Below, one piece after another: positions 27,107-37,157 of a stretch of DNA of 64,000 bases. The stretch comes from Spirochaetia bacterium (GTDB lineage Bacteria; Spirochaetota; Spirochaetia; DSM-2461): the NCBI GenBank assembly GCA_963668315.1, contig OY764216.1:1440001-1504000 (forward strand), written 5' to 3'. The position numbers and the translations under genes are program-made. The notes under the pieces were generated by a model. The model did not search any database. It was not told the origin of the DNA and was given only the letters and a program-made list of their open reading frames with translations. Within the stretch, counting starts at the first letter, position 1. The number at the start of each line of letters is the position of its first letter.

Positions 27107-28435
27107 TTATTTGAATGTTTTGAACTGGGGCAGGTAATTCCTGTTCTGTTCAAACATCCGGTCGGTCATGTCTTTGATTTCCTGCATACTCAGCACGGCG
27201 GAGGTCAGGGGATCCATGAGAATGGCATGAAATACTTTTCGGGGATCCCCTTCAATGGCCCCCTGTACGGCCAGTTCCTCGCAGCGGGCCGAAGTATTGT
27301 TGATGATGGCGAGATGATCGGGCAGGGCTCCCACATGGATGGGGCTCAGACCGCTTTTCTCCGCCAGCACGGGAACTTCCACGCAGCATCCCTCTGGGAG
27401 ATTATCAATTAAGCCGAAGTTGCGCACATTGCCGTTGAAGCGGTAAAGGGTGTTGTCGCCGAACACGGCGTTGAATATATAGGCGGCATATTCCAGTCCT
27501 CTTTTCAGTTCGATCTCGCTGTCGTCCTGGGCCAGCCATTCGTCGATCTCCTTTTTCCAGGAAGTCGCTTTTTCTGTATACTCATTAAGAATATAAGCAT
27601 ACTCTCCGGGATTCCAGCCTGTTCCGTGGAGACAGTATTTTTCAATGAGATCGGGTCTCTTGCGGAACCAGGCGTTATACTCCGAGTTATGGCCGCTCGA
27701 TTCGGTTACGTAGTAATCCAGATGGAGGTACATCTCGTTACGAACCTGTTCCTCGTTGTAGATTTCCGGTTTGTTCATCGCTTCCCGTATCAGGGGATAG
27801 GCGTCTTTGCCGTTCCAGCGGTAATCCAGATACCAGGCTTGGTGGTTGATGCCCGCGCAGAGATAGGTGATCTCGTCATCGGGGGCTCCGATCCATTTTG
27901 CCAGCATTTCCGAAGTTCCCTGTACGGAGTGGCAGAGACCGGTAAAATTCAAATCCGTTTCTCCCTGAACGCCCCGGCACAGCATGGCCATGGGATTGGT
28001 GTAGTTCAGAACGACCGCCTGGGGACAGATCGCCTTGATATCCCGGGCGATGTCCAGCATGACCGGCATGGTCCTGAGGGCCCGGAAAATACCGGCAGGT
28101 CCCCGGGTATCGCCTACATTAATATCCACGCCGAACTCCTTGGGAATCTCCACATCGTAGCGCCAGACATCCACCCCGCCGGCCAGAATGGTGATAACGA
28201 CGCCGTCCGCGTTTTCCAGGGCTTTTTTCCTGTCCATGGTCGTTGTCACCTTGGCGGCGTAGTTACCGGCCCGGACGATTTTCCGGCAGGCCGATTCGAT
28301 GGCGTCCAGTCTGTCCTTATTAATATCCATGAGGGCAATTTCCACATCCGCAAAGGCGGGAAATGTCAGAATATCCTTTACCAGGTTTCTTGTAAAAACA
28401 AAACTTCCCGCTCCTATGAACGCGATTTTTTTCAT
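27107..28435 (-). CDS. melA: GH4 alpha-galactosidase
   Basis: [49 protein letters not shown]. Confidence 0.9.
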   Translation of the reverse strand: MKKIAFIGAGSFVFTRNLVKDILTFPAFADVEIALMDINKDRLDAIESACRKIVRAGNYAAKVTTTMDRKKALENADGVVITILAGGVDVWRYDVEIPKEFGVDINVGDTRGPAGIFRALRTMPVMLDIARDIKAICPQAVVLNYTNPMAMLCRGVQGETDLNFTGLCHSVQGTSEMLAKWIGAPDDEITYLCAGINHQAWYLDYRWNGKDAYPLIREAMNKPEIYNEEQVRNEMYLHLDYYVTESSGHNSEYNAWFRKRPDLIEKYCLHGTGWNPGEYAYILNEYTEKATSWKKEIDEWLAQDDSEIELKRGLEYAAYIFNAVFGDNTLYRFNGNVRNFGLIDNLPEGCCVEVPVLAEKSGLSPIHVGALPDHLAIINNTSARCEELAVQGAIEGDPRKVFHAILMDPLTSAVLSMQEIKDMTDRMFEQNRNYLPQFKTFK

Positions 28436-28546
28436 GATTTACTCCTTATCCTATTATTATTATATCCCACTGGGTGATTCCTATTATTCCATGGCTTTTT
28501 GCATGTCGCTATGGTAGAATGTTGGAAGAGTATGGAGAAATGTTGA

Positions 28547-29407
28547 ATGAGCCAATTAGTGAAAGAGCTTTATGAGGAACGGCTGGCTGGGGGGGACTCG
28601 CCCCCCTCTGAACTGATTTTCTATAATCGGGGGTATCAGAATTGTCCTTCGGGGCACTACCACATCAGTGTGAGAAACTATTTTCTTGTCCATGTCGTAC
28701 TGGCGGGGAAGGGGTGGTTTCATCTGGGAAACACCCGGGTCGAACTGGGAGCAGGACAGGGGTTTACCATGTTCCCCTATATGGTGGGGGAGTATCAGGC
28801 CGATGAAAAGGAGCCCTGGACATACTGTTGGATCGGTTTTCAGGGGGCTCTGGCGGCCTATCATCTCCAGGATCTGGGTATTATGCCGAATCATCCCTGT
28901 TTTACTCTGCACGGTCCCGGAAGGTCTGAAGAGATTCGTGACCTTTTGACGGAACAGGCCGACGGGAGCCGGGGAGACGGTCAGAATTATGCGGTAAACC
29001 CTCTGGAAGGGAGGGGGATCATCTATCGTTTTCTGGGTGTCCTTTCCCGTGATTTATACGGGAGGGAGTCGTTAAACAATGTCCGTTATGTCCATGAGGC
29101 CATTGATTTTGTTAAGAAGAACTTCAGCCAGCCAATCCGGGTAACGGATATGGCCCGGGCGGCGGGGGTGGATCGGACCTATCTCTACTCTCTCTTCAAG
29201 GAGCATACGGGGAAAACCCCCAAGGAGTATCTGACCGATTTTCGTCTGAAGGCGGCCTGTGAGCTGCTGGAATCGCGCAATCTGTCTGTTAAAGCGGCCG
29301 CCCGATCCGTAGGGTATGAAGACGAGCTGAATTTTTCCCGGGTGTTTTCTCAGAAACTGGGTGTGAGTCCGTCGCGGTGGGGTGCGTCCAACAGATCTAA
29401 TTCATAA
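28547..29407 (+). CDS. AraC-family regulator (MsmR/MelR-like), divergent from melA
   Basis: Cupin GYQNC..GH...HVVLAGKG...YQAD..PWTYCWIGF plus C-terminal double HTH. Confidence 0.9.
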   Translation: MSQLVKELYEERLAGGDSPPSELIFYNRGYQNCPSGHYHISVRNYFLVHVVLAGKGWFHLGNTRVELGAGQGFTMFPYMVGEYQADEKEPWTYCWIGFQGALAAYHLQDLGIMPNHPCFTLHGPGRSEEIRDLLTEQADGSRGDGQNYAVNPLEGRGIIYRFLGVLSRDLYGRESLNNVRYVHEAIDFVKKNFSQPIRVTDMARAAGVDRTYLYSLFKEHTGKTPKEYLTDFRLKAACELLESRNLSVKAAARSVGYEDELNFSRVFSQKLGVSPSRWGASNRSNS

Positions 29408-29874
29408 AAGAGGGGGCCTTCCAGCGGATTTTCGCAGTAACCGTCAATCTGCTTAAATCCCAGGGACTCATAGAGATGGCGGGCGGCGGTAAGCCTTTCC
29501 AGGGTATCCAGCCTCATCTTGCGGTAGCCCAGCCGCCGGGCTTCCCCGATAAGTTCCTCGGCGATCATCCGTCCCAGCCCCAGGCCTCTTCCGGCGGGGT
29601 TGACGAAGAGCCTTTTCATTTCACAATATCCCTCGCCCGAACGGGGGAGAGCCCTTAAGCAGCCGCTGCCGATATTCTCCCCGTTCTCGTTCCTGCCGAT
29701 GAAGGCGGCGCCCCGGCCGCCCGGCCCGTACATTTCGGAAAGGCTGTTCATCTCTTTTTCCAGTCCCTGGTAGCAGATATCCTCTCCGAGCCATTTCTGA
29801 TACTCCTGAATGAGGGGAATCAGCTGAGAATACTCCTCTTTCCCAGTCAGCTTTCGGCAGATTACTTTCATCAT
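29350..29874 (-). CDS. GNAT acetyltransferase
   Basis: CEMKRLFVNPAGRGLGLGR, MRLDTL, LYESLGF. Confidence 0.9.
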   Translation of the reverse strand: MMKVICRKLTGKEEYSQLIPLIQEYQKWLGEDICYQGLEKEMNSLSEMYGPGGRGAAFIGRNENGENIGSGCLRALPRSGEGYCEMKRLFVNPAGRGLGLGRMIAEELIGEARRLGYRKMRLDTLERLTAARHLYESLGFKQIDGYCENPLEGPLFYELDLLDAPHRDGLTPSF

Positions 29875-30581
29875 TTTCCGGCCAGATTCTGAAATATAAG
29901 CCAGAGCGGAGGGATAAGCAGGGCGGGCAGAAAGTTTCCCGTGCGGATTCTTTTTATCTCCAGGAGATTGAGCCCGATTCCGAATATGAGAATGCCTCCC
30001 ACGGTGGAAATCTCCCTGATGATTTCGTCGGTGGCATAGGGGCCGATAAAGGAGGCGAGGAGAGTCAGGCTTCCCTGATAGATCAGGACGGGAATGATGG
30101 AGAAGATAACGCCAATCCCCAGAGTCGACGCCAGAATAATTGAGCAGATTCCATCCAGGATGGATTTGGCATAAAGAATTTCATGGCTGTCGTGGAGTCC
30201 CGACTGTATGGAGCCCAGAATCGCCATGCTTCCCACGCAGTAGATAAGGGTCGCCGTGACGAAAGCTTCGGAAACCCGGCCGTGCCCCTCGCCCAGGCGG
30301 GCCTTAAGCTTGTCTCCCATTCTCTCCAGGTGGGTTTCGATTTTCACAAGTTCCCCGATCACGCCGCCAAGAACGAGACTGATGATAAAAAGGATCGGCC
30401 TGGATTCGGGATTGAGAAGGCCCGAGAGGGTTGTGCTGATTCCTATGAACAGGACCGAAAGTCCCAGCCCCTGATTGGTGATTTCCCGGATGTTTTCCTT
30501 GAATCCCTTTTTAAAAAAGAGGCCGACCAGAGTTCCTCCGGATACGGCCAGCGCGTTCACGATCGTTCCTGATAATACCAT
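29871..30581 (-). CDS. DUF554 family membrane protein
   Basis: GTIVN, YCVGSMAILGS, KSILDG, YQGSLT, GNFLPAL. Confidence 0.88.
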   Translation of the reverse strand: MVLSGTIVNALAVSGGTLVGLFFKKGFKENIREITNQGLGLSVLFIGISTTLSGLLNPESRPILFIISLVLGGVIGELVKIETHLERMGDKLKARLGEGHGRVSEAFVTATLIYCVGSMAILGSIQSGLHDSHEILYAKSILDGICSIILASTLGIGVIFSIIPVLIYQGSLTLLASFIGPYATDEIIREISTVGGILIFGIGLNLLEIKRIRTGNFLPALLIPPLWLIFQNLAGK

Positions 30582-30696
30582 GGTGTCACTATAGGCTCAG
30601 GGGGTGATTTGGTCTAGGGGGAGAAAATCTATTTATGGACTACCGGGATTCGGTGTTTTGTGATAAGACTTGGGAAAGGGAAAAGGAGAGTCGGTT

Positions 30697-31413
30697 ATGA
30701 AGCGTATCTATATCATAAAGCTGGGAGAGACGTTTCCCGTCATAAAAGCAGAATACGGCGGATTTGAGCAGTGGATAGCCGCTGCGCTGGGCATGGACAC
30801 GGAGAAAATTCAAATTGTCGACGGGACACAGGGTGAACCGCTTCCTGACGCGAACGAATGCGCCGGGGTGGTGATTACCGGCTCCCATGCCATGGTGACC
30901 GACCGGGAGCCGTGGAGCGTTGCTCTTGAAGACTGGATTCTTCCCATGATCGAAGCACAGGTCCCCCTCCTGGGAATCTGTTACGGCCATCAGCTCCTGG
31001 CTCAGGCGGCGGGAGGCAAAGTCGGGTATCATCCAAAAGGCCGGGAGGTCGGAACTGTGGATATAAGACTTTGCCCGGAGAGCCGGAAAGATCCCCTGTT
31101 CGCCGATCTGCCCGATGTATTCTCGGCCCATGCTGTCCATTCGCAGACCGTTCTGGAGCTTCCCGAAGGAGCTGTGCTTCTGGCTTCCAACGATCACGAA
31201 CCCCATCATGCCTACCGTCTGGGAAAATGCGCCTGGGGAGTCCAGTTTCATCCCGAGTTCTCCGGGAATATCATCAGTTCCTATATAAGGGAGCAGGAAT
31301 CTGAACTTACATCGGACGGCATGGATGTACAGGGATTACTGGCTGGGGTGGAAGACACTCCGGTCTCTTCCGGTCTTCTGGCACGGTTCCGGGACCTGGC
31401 AATGGGATTATAG
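30697..31413 (+). CDS. Class I glutamine amidotransferase-like protein
   Basis: VITGSHAMVTD, GICYGHQ, QFHPE triad. Confidence 0.9.
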   Translation: MKRIYIIKLGETFPVIKAEYGGFEQWIAAALGMDTEKIQIVDGTQGEPLPDANECAGVVITGSHAMVTDREPWSVALEDWILPMIEAQVPLLGICYGHQLLAQAAGGKVGYHPKGREVGTVDIRLCPESRKDPLFADLPDVFSAHAVHSQTVLELPEGAVLLASNDHEPHHAYRLGKCAWGVQFHPEFSGNIISSYIREQESELTSDGMDVQGLLAGVEDTPVSSGLLARFRDLAMGL

Positions 31414-31422
31414 GGATACAGG

Positions 31423-31678
31423 ATGGATCACTTTGATGAATTATTGAATATTGTCAGGCGCAAACGGGTTTATGACGAGACAAATCCCTGGTCCGAAGGT
31501 TCTAAAACCTATCTGAAGGAAATAAGAAGGGATTAAACTGGAATCGGTTATGAAACGGGCCTGTTTTAAATACGATGAGAGAATCTCGGGACTTGAAGAG
31601 GGTGTTTCCTGGGCTGAGGTCAAGGAGAAGCAGAAAGCGAGACTGTCATCCGAGCAGGAAGCTCTCAGCGGAGTTTAG
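31423..31678 (+). pseudogene. MazG-like nucleotide pyrophosphohydrolase remnant with internal deletion and frameshift
   Basis: MDHFDELLNIVRRKRVYDETNPWSEGSKTYLKEIRRD* continues in another frame as GIKLESVMKRACFKYDERISGLEEGVSWAEVKEKQK...; catalytic E-rich core missing. Confidence 0.65.
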
Positions 31679-31681
31679 CTT

Positions 31682-32656
31682 TCAGGAAAGGATTTTCATC
31701 CGTTTCAGCTGCTCTTTCAGCATCGCTTCGGCCCATCCTCGATGGTTTATATCCTCAATGCCCCTGGACTGGCATTCGGTGACGAATATCAGGGTCAGGT
31801 AGAGATCGTATAACTCGCGCCGCAGGGGAAAGGTTTCCTCTTCCGGAAGGCTTTCTCCGTATCCTCTGTAGAAGTCCTGATTCGAGGGGAAGAGGGTGGA
31901 GTGGTAGAATTCTATCGCCGGATCACCCCACATGGCCCTGTCGCAGTCGATTATCCCCGATATGCTGTTGTCCTCTCTTACAAGGATATTCCCGTCATGC
32001 AGATCCCAGTGGATCAGGCAGGGTTCGGTAACGGAATCGAGGCAGGCGGATCTCTTTCTTAGCTCTTCGCTGATTTTTTCCGGGCTCAGGGGGAAGGAGG
32101 CACCGAATTCCTCCGCATCGGCAAGGATGTTGTCAATCAGCGCTGTAAAGGCTTCCTTCCATGTCGGATAAGCCTCTGCCTCCGGAGAAAAAAGGCCGAA
32201 GGAGTCGCCTTTAATCAGATTAATAGATCTGTTGATCCGGCCCTTCTCCTCATCTATCTGCGCGGTAATCCCGGGGGAGAGATCGTTTCTTTTCGAGAGG
32301 TAGGAGGACCCTTCCAGCTTTTCCATGATGAAATAATCCGATTCGATAATCCCATGGCTTTCATCTTCGAAGAGTACTTCGGGTGCGGGAATGTCGGCCT
32401 GTTTATGGAAGAGCTTCAGGACGGCTATCTCCGTTTTGATGATATCCTTTTCGTACCTCAGGCAGGGAACGCTTTCGGGGGGAGCCGCCTTCAGGAATAC
32501 CTCTCCCATACCGGAAAGAGTCAGAGAATAGAGGGCGTTGTACCATCCTTCCCGGTTCTCTTCGGCGGAAAGAAGTCTGGTATCACCGCCAAAGGCTTTT
32601 TTTACCATTTTTTCCAGCTGAGCGTGATCCAGCCGCAGTTTTGATTTGCTTTCCAT
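31682..32656 (-). CDS. Aminoglycoside/choline phosphotransferase (APH) family kinase
   Basis: EGWYNA, LKAAP, FIMEKLEG, HWDLHDGNILV, IIDCDRAMWGDP. Confidence 0.88.
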   Translation of the reverse strand: MESKSKLRLDHAQLEKMVKKAFGGDTRLLSAEENREGWYNALYSLTLSGMGEVFLKAAPPESVPCLRYEKDIIKTEIAVLKLFHKQADIPAPEVLFEDESHGIIESDYFIMEKLEGSSYLSKRNDLSPGITAQIDEEKGRINRSINLIKGDSFGLFSPEAEAYPTWKEAFTALIDNILADAEEFGASFPLSPEKISEELRKRSACLDSVTEPCLIHWDLHDGNILVREDNSISGIIDCDRAMWGDPAIEFYHSTLFPSNQDFYRGYGESLPEEETFPLRRELYDLYLTLIFVTECQSRGIEDINHRGWAEAMLKEQLKRMKILS

Positions 32657-32723
32657 TTTGTCCCTCCCTGTGTAAACAGAAGTTATTGTAATCCAGGTTT
32701 TCTTTTCGGACAACAGTTTTATC

Positions 32724-32752
32724 TTGCGCGGATGGAACAGGTAGGGTAGTAT
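32724..32752 (+). promoter_or_regulatory. sigma70 promoter of hydG
   Basis: TTGCGC-17-TAGTAT, about 118 nt before the ATG. Confidence 0.5.
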
Positions 32753-32870
32753 AGGGGGGTAACAGACTCTGCCTGCCCGCGAGATGGGAAAATTAAGCGG
32801 AAAGCCGGAGCTGGCACATCATAAAAAACTGAAGGGAAGGAGCTATCTGACCCAAAGGAGTTCTCAATTC

Positions 32871-34289
32871 ATGTACGATCCCAAATCGTCCAAGGCAGAG
32901 GAATTTATTTCCCACGAAGAGGTTCTGCGTACTCTGAAGTACGGAGAAGAAAACAAGAATAATACCGATCTGATCGATGCCATTCTGGATAAGGCCCGCC
33001 AAAAAAAAGGGCTGACCCACAGGGAAGCGGCCGTTCTGCTGGACTGTGATATTCCGGAAAAGAACGAAGAGATTTTCGCTCTGGCCAATCAGATCAAGAA
33101 AGAGCTGTACGGCAATCGGATCGTGATGTTCGCTCCCCTTTATCTTTCCAACTACTGTGTCAACGGCTGCGTCTACTGTCCCTATCACCATAAGAACAAG
33201 CAGATCACCCGTAAGAAAATGAACAGGGAAGAGATTCAGCGGGAAGTTGTCGCCCTCCAGGACATGGGTCACAAGAGGCTGGCCATTGAAGCGGGGGAGG
33301 ATCCCCTCAATAATCCTATCGAGTATATACTGGACAGCATCGATGCCATCTATCAGGTGAAGCATAAGAACGGCTCGATCCGCCGGGTCAATGTCAATAT
33401 CGCCGCCACCACCGTGGAGAATTACCGGAAGCTGAAGGATGCGGGAATCGGTACGTATATTCTTTTTCAGGAGACCTACCATAAGGAGAGCTACGGCAAG
33501 CTCCACCCCACCGGACCCAAGCACGATTACGCCTACCATACGGAGGCCATGGATCGGGCTATGGAAGGGGGAATCGACGATGTGGGGCTGGGCGTTCTGT
33601 TCGGCCTGGAGCTGTACCGTTACGAATTCGCCGCCCTTCTCATGCATGGGGAACATCTCGAAGCGGCCTTCGGCGTGGGGCCCCATACCATCAGTGTGCC
33701 CCGCATCCGTCCGGCCGACGATGTGGATCCCGCCGCCTTTGACAACAGCATCAGCGACGATATCTTCGCCAAGCTCGTGGCCTGCATCAGGCTGGCCGTT
33801 CCTTACACGGGCATGATCGTTTCCACCAGGGAAAGCCAGGCCTGCCGGGAGAAAGTGCTCAATCTGGGAATATCCCAGGTCAGCGGCGCTTCGAAAACCA
33901 GCGTCGGCGGCTACAGCGAGCCTGAGAAGGAGGATGAGAACTCCGAACAGTTCGATATAAGCGATACAAGAACCCTGGACGAGATTATCCACTGGCTTAT
34001 GGAGATGGGCCATATCCCCAGCTTCTGTACGGCCTGCTACCGTGAAGGAAGAACCGGCGACCGTTTCATGAGTCTGGCCAAGACGGGACAGATTCAGAAC
34101 TGCTGCCATCCCAATGCTCTTCTGACGCTGAAGGAGTATCTGGAGGATTATGCCTCCCCCGGGACGAAGATAAGGGGGGACATCATGATTCAAAGCGAAC
34201 TGGGTAATATTCCCTCCGGGAAAGTCCGGGAAAAGGTGGAGAGCTTTCTGAGCGAAATTGAGCAGGGCCGCAGGGACTTCCGGTTCTGA
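32871..34289 (+). CDS. hydG: [FeFe]-hydrogenase H-cluster maturase HydG
   Basis: FAPLYLSNYCVNGCVYC radical-SAM motif, FQETYH, GPHTISVPR, and C-terminal SFCTACYR...CCHPNA second-cluster motif. Confidence 0.93.
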   Translation: MYDPKSSKAEEFISHEEVLRTLKYGEENKNNTDLIDAILDKARQKKGLTHREAAVLLDCDIPEKNEEIFALANQIKKELYGNRIVMFAPLYLSNYCVNGCVYCPYHHKNKQITRKKMNREEIQREVVALQDMGHKRLAIEAGEDPLNNPIEYILDSIDAIYQVKHKNGSIRRVNVNIAATTVENYRKLKDAGIGTYILFQETYHKESYGKLHPTGPKHDYAYHTEAMDRAMEGGIDDVGLGVLFGLELYRYEFAALLMHGEHLEAAFGVGPHTISVPRIRPADDVDPAAFDNSISDDIFAKLVACIRLAVPYTGMIVSTRESQACREKVLNLGISQVSGASKTSVGGYSEPEKEDENSEQFDISDTRTLDEIIHWLMEMGHIPSFCTACYREGRTGDRFMSLAKTGQIQNCCHPNALLTLKEYLEDYASPGTKIRGDIMIQSELGNIPSGKVREKVESFLSEIEQGRRDFRF

Positions 34290-34311
34290 CGAGCCCGGCT
34301 CCGCGCCGGGA

Positions 34312-35046
34312 TCAGGAAAGGGCGTCCTTGTGGAGGTCCCTGTACTTTCCCGGTGTAGTACCCGTCGAACGGCGGAACACTCCTATGAAATAGCTGACGT
34401 TATCATAACCCAGCTTGTCGGCAATCAACGAAAGGGATTCGTCCGTTTCGCTCAGAAGGAATCGGGCTTCTTCCATTTTTTTCTCCCGGATATAGGCCCC
34501 TACGGTCTGGGAGTATTCCCGGCGGAACTGGCGGGACAGATAGGAGGGGGTGTATTGCATCTCCCCGGCAAGCTTTGCCAGGCCGATTTTTTCGTCCAGA
34601 TGGGTGAGGATATACTCCGTAGCAGCCCTCACCGCCCGGCTGTGGTTATTCATCGAGTATTTCCGAACCGCTTCGCAGTAGGTGTCGATCATGCGGTTTC
34701 TCAGGGCGGACGTCTCCTCAAGGTCTTTCATCCTCTCTATCCGGCCGGCGAAATCGGAGGATATACCGTGAAGTATCATGGGGGGGAGACCGCCCTGTTC
34801 GGCGGAGAGACGGAGTATGGTATTCAGTACAACAAAGGCATTCTTGGCGGCGCGCAGCGTATTCAGCGGAAGCCGTTTGAGCATTTTATCGGCCAGGGGA
34901 TAGGTCTCGATCAGCCTTTTCGCCCCCTCCCTGTCACCCCGGGCAACGAGATCCCTCAAAGCCCGCTCCCGCAGGTAAGCCTCTTCTATCAGAGGCTTGT
35001 CCCTTCGGCTGGTTTCATCAAGAGCGGGATTATGGATCTCGTACAT
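34312..35046 (-). CDS. AraC-family regulator downstream of uidA
   Basis: LRAAKNAF...AEQGGL..ILHGISS; HTH YTPSYLSRQF, LGYDNVSYF..VFRR.TGTTPGKYR. Confidence 0.9.
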   Translation of the reverse strand: MYEIHNPALDETSRRDKPLIEEAYLRERALRDLVARGDREGAKRLIETYPLADKMLKRLPLNTLRAAKNAFVVLNTILRLSAEQGGLPPMILHGISSDFAGRIERMKDLEETSALRNRMIDTYCEAVRKYSMNNHSRAVRAATEYILTHLDEKIGLAKLAGEMQYTPSYLSRQFRREYSQTVGAYIREKKMEEARFLLSETDESLSLIADKLGYDNVSYFIGVFRRSTGTTPGKYRDLHKDALS

Positions 35047-35062
35047 GGGTAAAGATTATATC

Positions 35063-36898
35063 CTATCTGTCCGGCTTCTTCCATCCCAGATCGGGTATGG
35101 CTTCCCACCGCTCCTTCAGGGTGAAGACGGCCTGTTTCGGCTGCCGTTCCCGGGTGAAGAGTCCCTTTTTGTTGCCCTGAACTCTGATTATCCCCTGGGA
35201 TGTGGCAAAGTCGGCAAAGTTCCAGGCCTGTTCTCCCGCCACCTGGGGATAGCGGTCAAATACATCATGGTTAGCCTGGTAGTACCGGACCTGATACTCT
35301 TCGGTGAACATTACCGTCCCCGTATCGTGAAGGCCTGCGACCGTATCCGCTCCGTATTCTGTGAAGATAATCGGCTTATCCGGCAGAGTCTCATGCCAAT
35401 GGTCCAGTTCCTTCGCCAGATAGGTCATCGCCCTGTCCAGGCGGGCCCCTCCTGAGAAATACCAGCCGTAGTAACGGTTCAGGCAGAGTACATCGGTCAG
35501 GGGAGCCACAAGGTCTTCCCGGCCGCTTCTGTTCTGCATAAGCACGCAGGTGGCCGGTCTTCCCGCCGGGTCGATCTTACGGGCCAGATCCAGCAGGGGG
35601 CCGAAATACTCATCGGCTCCCTCTGTCCAGGACTCCGGTTCGTTACCCACGGACCACATGACCACGGAGGGATGATTTTTATCCCGGCTGATCATCTCTC
35701 CTATCACATCCCTGTGGTGGTCCGCCGTTTTCATAGCTTCCCAGGTCTTCGGCATCTTCTCCCTGTCTCCGGAATGCATGGCAGCGCCGAATCCGACCAT
35801 CAGGCCGACAGCGGGGACTTCGTCTATCACCACGATTCCTTCCCGGTCGCAAAGGCGCATATACTCTTCGGAGTAGCAGTAGTGGCTGGTGCGGAGGGAA
35901 TTGCCTCCCATCCATTTGATAAGACGGATATCCTTGAGATTCATGACCGGATCCACCGCCCGGCCCCTCACGGCCGAATCCTCATGCTTTCCGAACCCCT
36001 TGAAATAGAAGGGCCTGCCGTTTATGAGAAACTGGCCGTCCTTTACTTCCACCCGGCGTATTCCGAAGGACTCGTCATACACATCCCGGAGAACTCCCCC
36101 TTCCGTCAGGCGGACTCTCAGGGTGTACAGATAAGCCTTGCGGGGATTCCAGAGAGTGACCTTCCCAATGCGGAGGGACGACCGCTGTCCTGTCTGACTG
36201 GCGACAACCCGGCTCTCCTCATCAATGACCTCTACCAGCACGTCTCCCTTTGAGGATGTCAGATCCACATTGTAATCCACAATTCCCTGATCGCCCTCAA
36301 AGTCGGAGAGGATCGTTATATCGGTGATGCGGTTCCTGGGGACGCGGTAAATCAGTATGTGGCGCTGAAGCCCGGCATAATTGAAAAAATCAAAGTTGGG
36401 GCTGTTCTCCACCACTTTGCCCCATCCGGGAATTTCCTCCTCTTTGTAGTTTCCCACGGGAAGGGTGGAGAAGTCGAGGATATTGCACAGAGCGACGGTG
36501 AGACGGTTCGTCCCCTTCTTTACTCTGCCGGTTATATCCGCTTCAAAGGGTGTGAATCCTCCGGTATGCTCCGTTATCTGCTCTCCGTTAAGAAAAACCT
36601 TAGCCCTGTGGGTGGCGCTTCCGAATCTGAGAATCAGCGATTCATCATCCTTCGGCGGCGCCAGGGAAAACTCCCTTTCGTACCAGACCCAGCCGCAGAA
36701 TTCCCGGTCTTTCTGGTCCTCGAACATATCGTTCCAGGCCGAGGGGACCGGCATGGAGATCGTCTCTTTCAGAGGGGCGCGGTAGATCTCCTTTTCCAGG
36801 CCTTCCGAATCCCGGCCTTCCCTGGCGTCAAAGCAGAAGCGCCATAGGCCGTCCAGGGAGTGGATATTCCGTGTTTCCGTTTCCAGGGGATAGAGCAT
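35063..36898 (-). CDS. uidA: GH2 beta-glucuronidase
   Basis: MLYP.ETETR, FDFFNYAG, GFGKHED, RTSHY, WSVGNEP, NRYYGWY, TEYGADT, WNFADF, GNKKG. Confidence 0.93.
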   Translation of the reverse strand: MLYPLETETRNIHSLDGLWRFCFDAREGRDSEGLEKEIYRAPLKETISMPVPSAWNDMFEDQKDREFCGWVWYEREFSLAPPKDDESLILRFGSATHRAKVFLNGEQITEHTGGFTPFEADITGRVKKGTNRLTVALCNILDFSTLPVGNYKEEEIPGWGKVVENSPNFDFFNYAGLQRHILIYRVPRNRITDITILSDFEGDQGIVDYNVDLTSSKGDVLVEVIDEESRVVASQTGQRSSLRIGKVTLWNPRKAYLYTLRVRLTEGGVLRDVYDESFGIRRVEVKDGQFLINGRPFYFKGFGKHEDSAVRGRAVDPVMNLKDIRLIKWMGGNSLRTSHYCYSEEYMRLCDREGIVVIDEVPAVGLMVGFGAAMHSGDREKMPKTWEAMKTADHHRDVIGEMISRDKNHPSVVMWSVGNEPESWTEGADEYFGPLLDLARKIDPAGRPATCVLMQNRSGREDLVAPLTDVLCLNRYYGWYFSGGARLDRAMTYLAKELDHWHETLPDKPIIFTEYGADTVAGLHDTGTVMFTEEYQVRYYQANHDVFDRYPQVAGEQAWNFADFATSQGIIRVQGNKKGLFTRERQPKQAVFTLKERWEAIPDLGWKKPDR

Positions 36899-37157
36899 GT
36901 TTATCTTCCTTTGAATTGATCTGTTTCCATGGTAGGTCCAAAATAGAAACCGGGATAGTAAAAAAATGAACTGAATATTCAAAAACTGAACTTTTTCTTT
37001 CTGTTTTTTCTCTCCCCGTAATGGGATATAGTGAATTGGGGGCCCAAGTTTTCCTCCATAATCCTTCCGGAGACAGCATCATCTATAAGAAAGACGTCCC
37101 GGGATGTATATCTCATGATATAATGATCAATTGTATAGTCATGGGGAGGAGGATAGG

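Noticed and set aside
31682..32656. Aminoglycoside resistance gene
   Set aside because: Only generic APH/choline-kinase fold motifs; no mobile context, substrate unknown
32871..34289. ThiH instead of HydG
   Set aside because: C-terminal CxxC...C extension and length match HydG; no thi genes adjacent
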